From Hyphomicrobiales bacterium (GTDB lineage Bacteria > Pseudomonadota > Alphaproteobacteria > Rhizobiales > MH13): a DNA stretch of 64,000 nucleotides. Shown piece by piece: positions 59,855 through 64,000 of this stretch (positions within the stretch are counted from its first letter, which is position 1; the number at the start of each line of letters is the position of its first letter). The translations under genes were made by a program, and so were the position numbers. Below the pieces are notes generated by a model, which saw only the letters and a program-made list of their open reading frames with translations, was not told the origin of the DNA and searched no databases. The stretch is from the NCBI GenBank assembly GCA_046290415.1, contig JBKAGN010000001.1, positions 7,295 to 71,294 of the forward strand. The letters run 5' to 3'.

Positions 59855-60608
59855 CAAACATCCGGTCAAAGCGTGCATCAGACGGCCAACGCCATACCTG
59901 CCAGGGCGACGACCCCGGAGCAATGGAGAAGAAGATCAGATCGGCGCGACCGACGAAATTTTCCAGCGGCACAAAGCCAACTAGCGCCGTGCGGCTGTCA
60001 GAGGAGTTGTCGCGGTTGTCGCCCATCATGAAGTAGTGTCCCTCTGGCACCACGAAGGGCTCCGGCGAGGTATCGAGCATCGAGTTGTCGATCAGGTCGA
60101 GCACATTGTAGGTGACACCATTGGGCAAGGTCTCGCGATACTGCGCGACGCGCTCGCCGGTCTCGGGATGGACGAAATCGTCGATGCGCTCGCGCTCAAC
60201 CTCCTCGCCATTGATGAAGACGATGCCATTGCGCACCTCGACCGAGTCGCCTGGCAGGCCGATCACCCGCTTGATGTAGTCGGTCGAACCGTCGGACGGC
60301 AGTTTGAAGACGGCTACGTCGCCGCGCTCTGGGTCTGAACCCAAAATGCGGCCATCGAACAGGTCGGGGCTGAAGGGCAGCGAGTGCTGAGAAAAGCCGT
60401 AGGCGAACTTATTGGCGAAAAGGTAGTCGCCAATCAGCAACGTGCCGACCATTGAGGAGGACGGAATGACGAACGGTTGGAACAGGAAAGTGCGGATCAC
60501 CAGCGCAATGGCAAAGGCCTGCAAAAGAACGATGATGGTGTCCCACAGTTCGCTCTTCTTTTTCGGCTCCTGCGCGGTGGTATCATCGGTGGATCCGTCC
60601 TGCGCCAT
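59844..60608 (-). CDS. lepB: signal peptidase I
   Basis: QPFVIPSSSM..TLLIGD, RGDVAVF, DYIKRVIGLPGD and MGDNRDNSSDSR. Confidence 0.97.
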   Translation of the reverse strand: MAQDGSTDDTTAQEPKKKSELWDTIIVLLQAFAIALVIRTFLFQPFVIPSSSMVGTLLIGDYLFANKFAYGFSQHSLPFSPDLFDGRILGSDPERGDVAVFKLPSDGSTDYIKRVIGLPGDSVEVRNGIVFINGEEVERERIDDFVHPETGERVAQYRETLPNGVTYNVLDLIDNSMLDTSPEPFVVPEGHYFMMGDNRDNSSDSRTALVGFVPLENFVGRADLIFFSIAPGSSPWQVWRWPSDARFDRMFDGI

Positions 60609-60779
60609 GCGATGGTTGCCTTCCTAAGCATTGGTGTTGCGATTCTGCGCAGCGGTTCGCGCGCCTGTTGCGCCCATGTCGGGGGTCAGGGGCGACAAGT
60701 CAACCATTGGCGCCCGTGACGGCAAGGCTTTGGTGGCCAAATGCGCCGCAATCGTGGCGGTTTGGTCACGGCTAAGCCA

Positions 60780-61187
60780 TCATGGTCGGTCAAGCGGCAA
60801 TGCCTCGATGATCACGAAGGCCTGCGCATAGGGAAAGTCGTCGGTGATCGTCAGATGGATCATCGGTTCATGACCGTCCGGGATCAGGCGGTGAAGCTGT
60901 CGCTGTGCGCCGCCCGTCAACACCATGGTCGGTGCGCCGGAGCGGCTGTTGACGACGCCCATGTCGCGCCAAAACACGCCATTGCGCAATCCGGTTCCGA
61001 GCGCCTTGGCGCAGGCCTCCTTGGCCGCAAAGCGCTTGGCATAGGAGGCGGCACGTTGTTTGCGCTGATCTGACTTGGCCTGTTCGACAGGCGTGAACAC
61101 GCGCTGCGTGAAGCGCGCGCCAAACCGGTCCAATGTCGCCTCGACGCGGCGGATATCGCAAAGGTCGCTACCGAGGCCGATGATCAT
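60780..61187 (-). CDS. acpS: holo-[acyl-carrier-protein] synthase
   Basis: [31 protein letters not shown] and HLTITDD...AQAFVIIE. Start at 61187. Confidence 0.97.
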   Translation of the reverse strand: MIIGLGSDLCDIRRVEATLDRFGARFTQRVFTPVEQAKSDQRKQRAASYAKRFAAKEACAKALGTGLRNGVFWRDMGVVNSRSGAPTMVLTGGAQRQLHRLIPDGHEPMIHLTITDDFPYAQAFVIIEALPLDRP

Positions 61188-61197
61188 CGCGCAACCT

Positions 61198-61794
61198 TCA
61201 TGGTGTGTCCGCACGTTTCATCATCGCCTCTTGTTTTTTGGCGGCTGACTCTGCCCGCGCTGCCCGCGCTTTTTGGTAACCAACAACGGTGGCATAGGTG
61301 AGGAAAAAACAGGTGACGGCTGCTGTCAGACCGAGCGGCACACTGCCAACCAACATTGGCTTGATGACCGGCCAGGTGCGCTCAAAAAAACCACCTATCG
61401 CTTCAACGGTGTAGGCGCTTGGACCATCGAGTTGTGGCTCGGCATTGTGATGCACTGGATCGCCCAGTATCACGCGTCCTACGCGAAAGGTGAACGCCCA
61501 AATGAATGGAAAGGTGATCGGATTGCCGACGACCGTGCCGACGATGGCGGAGAAATAGTTGGCGCGCAGCAGGTAGGCAAGCGCGAACGCCAACACAAAG
61601 TGCAGGCCTAGAAGCGGCGTAAACGAGACGAATGCGCCAATTGCGACACCCATAGCGATGGCATAGGGCGTCGCGTTCACCCGCAGGATGCGTTTGACGA
61701 AATATTGTGCCGACCGGGCAAAACTGCGCGTTGGCCACGCCATGGCGCGGGTTTTTTCAGCCCAGGACGGTGTGGAGCGGCGTTTGAACAGCAT
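61198..61794 (-). CDS. DUF2062-family membrane protein
   Basis: MLFKRR, WP.RSF.R...Y...RILR..ATPYAIA.G.A.G.F.SFTP..G.H and GNP.TFPFIW. Confidence 0.88.
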   Translation of the reverse strand: MLFKRRSTPSWAEKTRAMAWPTRSFARSAQYFVKRILRVNATPYAIAMGVAIGAFVSFTPLLGLHFVLAFALAYLLRANYFSAIVGTVVGNPITFPFIWAFTFRVGRVILGDPVHHNAEPQLDGPSAYTVEAIGGFFERTWPVIKPMLVGSVPLGLTAAVTCFFLTYATVVGYQKARAARAESAAKKQEAMMKRADTP

Positions 61795-61799
61795 GCGTC

Positions 61800-62399
61800 T
61801 TAGGCCAACCCGCGCGAGCCCGGCTTGGTGGCAGGGATGGCCTTCAGGCTGTCGGGCAAGTCATCGGCTGGGTAGGCCGGCACCTCGTAGTTGGCGAGCG
61901 CCACCAACGGCATGCCAATGTCGGCCTTACCAGCCGAACGGTCGATGATGCAGGCACAGCCGACAACCTCTCCACCCAAATCTCGAACGCAGGTGGCCGT
62001 CTCCCCCACCGAAAGGCCTGTCGTGATGATGTCCTCGACGATCAGAACGCGCGCGCCTTTTTCCAGCGTGAAGCCCCGGCGCAGGGCGAACTTTCCATCT
62101 TCGCGTTCCACCCACATGTAGGGCACATCCAAGTGGCGCGCGGTCTCATAGCCTGGAACGACCGCACCCATTGCCGGCGCGATTATGCAGTCGATCGGGC
62201 CAAGATCGCTGGCTTGAACCTTGGCAGCCAGCGCCCGGCAAAGCCGTTCTGTTTTGGCTGGCGAGCGGTAGACCAGGGCCTTTTGAAGAAAGACTGGGCT
62301 GTGCAGACCGGAGGACAAGATGAAGTGGCCATCGAGGATCGCGTCTTCGGAACGAAACACGTCCAGCACGTCCTCATCGCTTAGCATCGTCTCGCTCAT
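61800..62399 (-). CDS. pyrE: orotate phosphoribosyltransferase
   Basis: GHFILSSGLHSP.FLQKA, PAMG, ERE.GKF.LRRGF and the PRPP motif VLIVEDIITTG.S. Start chosen at MSET (62399). Confidence 0.96.
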   Translation of the reverse strand: MSETMLSDEDVLDVFRSEDAILDGHFILSSGLHSPVFLQKALVYRSPAKTERLCRALAAKVQASDLGPIDCIIAPAMGAVVPGYETARHLDVPYMWVEREDGKFALRRGFTLEKGARVLIVEDIITTGLSVGETATCVRDLGGEVVGCACIIDRSAGKADIGMPLVALANYEVPAYPADDLPDSLKAIPATKPGSRGLA

Positions 62400-62495
62400 C
62401 GGTATTGCCCCAACTGCTGTCATGTCAGTTGGGGATGGACCTAGCGTTCCAAGCTTGGAAGAGCAAGCAGCCGAAAGGGCGAAGGCGCCTTGCCG

Positions 62496-64000
62496 TCACC
62501 CTTCGGCGCGCGCTGCGCTGCTGATAACCGGGCTTGCCCTAAGCTGTGCGATGATGCGGTGGAGATGTTTCACGTCGCTGACCTGAAGCTCGATCAGCAG
62601 GTCATGAAAATCGGGGCCGCGGCGGGTCATGATGAGGTTTTCGATGTTGCCACTATGATCGGCGATGATGGTGGCCAGCGTCGCCAAAGATCCTGGCTCA
62701 TTCAGCGCGGTCACGCGAATCTTGGCCTCAAAAAGCTGTGTCCGGCTGGGATCGATGTCCCAGCGCACGTCCAACCAGCGCTCTGGCTGGTTCTCAAACT
62801 TCGCAAGTGCCGCCGCATGAATCGGATAGACCGTCACACCTTCACCCGGTGTGACGATCCCAACGATCCGGTCACCGGGAATCGGTGGCTCATCGGTTGA
62901 AAACTGAACCGGCATTGCTTTGTCGAGCCCACGCACAGGCGCGCGATTGCCATCTTCTGAGCTATCTTCGCCGGCATGGAACGTGTCGGCCTTCTCGCCT
63001 GGAATACGAAACTGCAGCGCCGTCATTTCCGACAATCCGAACCATCCCTCTTCGGCCTTCGGTGCCGGACCGGGCTCGACGTCTTTGGCTTCAGGATGCA
63101 CCGCCGCAAGGACGGCACGCGAGGCAAGTTCGCCGCGCCCGACGGAGGTGAAAACATCATCGACCGTTTTATGCGCCAGCTTATGCAGAACAGACTCGAT
63201 GGAAGCCGGGTCAAACGATTTTCCCGCCCGTTCAAACGCGCGCTGCACAACCTCTTTTCCTAAGCCCAAATATTGCCGACGAACCGCCTGCCGCGTTGCC
63301 CGGCGGATCGCCGCGCGCGCCTTGCCAGTGCGGGCAAACTGCTCCCAGGCCGGTGGGGGAACCTGCGCTCGTGAGGTAATGATTTCGACCTGATTGCCGT
63401 TTTTCAGCTCGGTCAGAAGCGGCATCAACTGTCCGTCGATTTTGGCACCGACCGTCGTATCACCAACATCGGTGTGCACCGCATAGGCGAAATCGATGGG
63501 GGTTGCGCCGCGCGGTAGCGCAATTACGCGACCCTTGGGGGTGAAACAGAACACCTGATCGCGGAAAAGCTCCAGCTTGGTGTTTTCCAAAAACTCCTCG
63601 GCTGTGTCATCACCATCAAGCATATCCACCGTGTGCCGGATCCAGGCGAAGGCCCGGCTGTCGCGGCGCAATGCGTCCAATTGCGCGCCACCGACTGTCA
63701 TGCCGTCCTTGTAGAACCCGTGGCCCGCAATCCCATACTCAGCGACGGCGTGCATGGCGTGGTCACGAATTTGCAGCTCCACGCGGCGCGAAAAAGGCCC
63801 GATCACCGTGGTGTGCAGGGATTGGTAATCGTTCTGCTTGGGAACCGAAATGTAGTCCTTGAAGCGCTCCGGAACGCACTGCCAGGTGGTGTGAACGATG
63901 CCAAGCGCCCGGTAACAAGCGGCAGGATTGGCTACGATCACCCGAAAGGCATAAAGGTCAGAGAGCTGTTCAAAAGACAGGCCCTTGCGCAACATCTTCT
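62496..64000 (-). CDS. spoT: bifunctional (p)ppGpp synthetase/hydrolase RelA/SpoT homologue (partial, open at window end)
   Basis: SDLYAFRV, RFKDYIS.PK.N.YQSLHTT, ELQIR, AEYGIAGH, TGS domain FTPKG...LP.GATPIDFAYAVHT and a C-terminal ACT domain. Confidence 0.97.
   Translation of the reverse strand, partial: KMLRKGLSFEQLSDLYAFRVIVANPAACYRALGIVHTTWQCVPERFKDYISVPKQNDYQSLHTTVIGPFSRRVELQIRDHAMHAVAEYGIAGHGFYKDGMTVGGAQLDALRRDSRAFAWIRHTVDMLDGDDTAEEFLENTKLELFRDQVFCFTPKGRVIALPRGATPIDFAYAVHTDVGDTTVGAKIDGQLMPLLTELKNGNQVEIITSRAQVPPPAWEQFARTGKARAAIRRATRQAVRRQYLGLGKEVVQRAFERAGKSFDPASIESVLHKLAHKTVDDVFTSVGRGELASRAVLAAVHPEAKDVEPGPAPKAEEGWFGLSEMTALQFRIPGEKADTFHAGEDSSEDGNRAPVRGLDKAMPVQFSTDEPPIPGDRIVGIVTPGEGVTVYPIHAAALAKFENQPERWLDVRWDIDPSRTQLFEAKIRVTALNEPGSLATLATIIADHSGNIENLIMTRRGPDFHDLLIELQVSDVKHLHRIIAQLRASPVISSAARAEG

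Noticed and set aside
1-64000. CRISPR arrays, IS elements, prophage genes, REP/RIME-type repeated palindromes and defence systems
   Set aside because: I saw no regularly spaced direct repeats, transposase, integrase or phage ORFs. The intergenic palindromes are all different from each other, so they are not a repeat family.

Overview
This is a gene-dense, GC-rich stretch of core chromosome from an alphaproteobacterium of the Hyphomicrobiales (Rhizobiales) type. The taxon is inferred from gene content and order only. In order, the window holds: the 3' end of rne, a Nudix hydrolase, the aminotransferase/M48/DsbA/aroQ/accBC/aat block, class II B12-dependent ribonucleotide reductase nrdJ, an accessory P450 + M19 dipeptidase pair and a ChaN-like gene, ispH-thrB-rnhA, argC-rpsI-rplM, metY, ctaA, a unipolar-polysaccharide (upp/holdfast-like) cluster, tRNA-Pro(GGG), a Cle-like response regulator, merR-ihfA, fabH-plsX-yceD, bamE, hppA, an MFS gene, nusB-rib-nrdR-glyA, ldtP/ldtR, hemB-RDD-SLC13-bpt, parC, recO-era-rnc-lepB-acpS-DUF2062-pyrE and the 3' part of the RelA/SpoT gene. 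I saw no CRISPR array, transposase, integrase or prophage gene, and no defence system. The most interesting signals are regulatory. (1) Two leaders (hemB and merR) have an A-A'-A repeat layout that allows mutually exclusive hairpins next to the ribosome-binding site. (2) A Cle-like CheY protein whose c-di-GMP motif has lost its arginines sits beside the adhesin cluster, right behind a MerR with a roughly 180-aa disordered insert. (3) There is a candidate anti-Shine-Dalgarno sRNA in the nrdJ 3' UTR. (4) The nrdJ promoter carries DnaA-like, NrdR-like and CtrA-like sites. (5) hppA has a structured leader. (6) The P450 and dipeptidase genes are translationally coupled. All family assignments come from motif recognition by eye, not database searches, and several start codons were moved downstream of the ORF-track starts.
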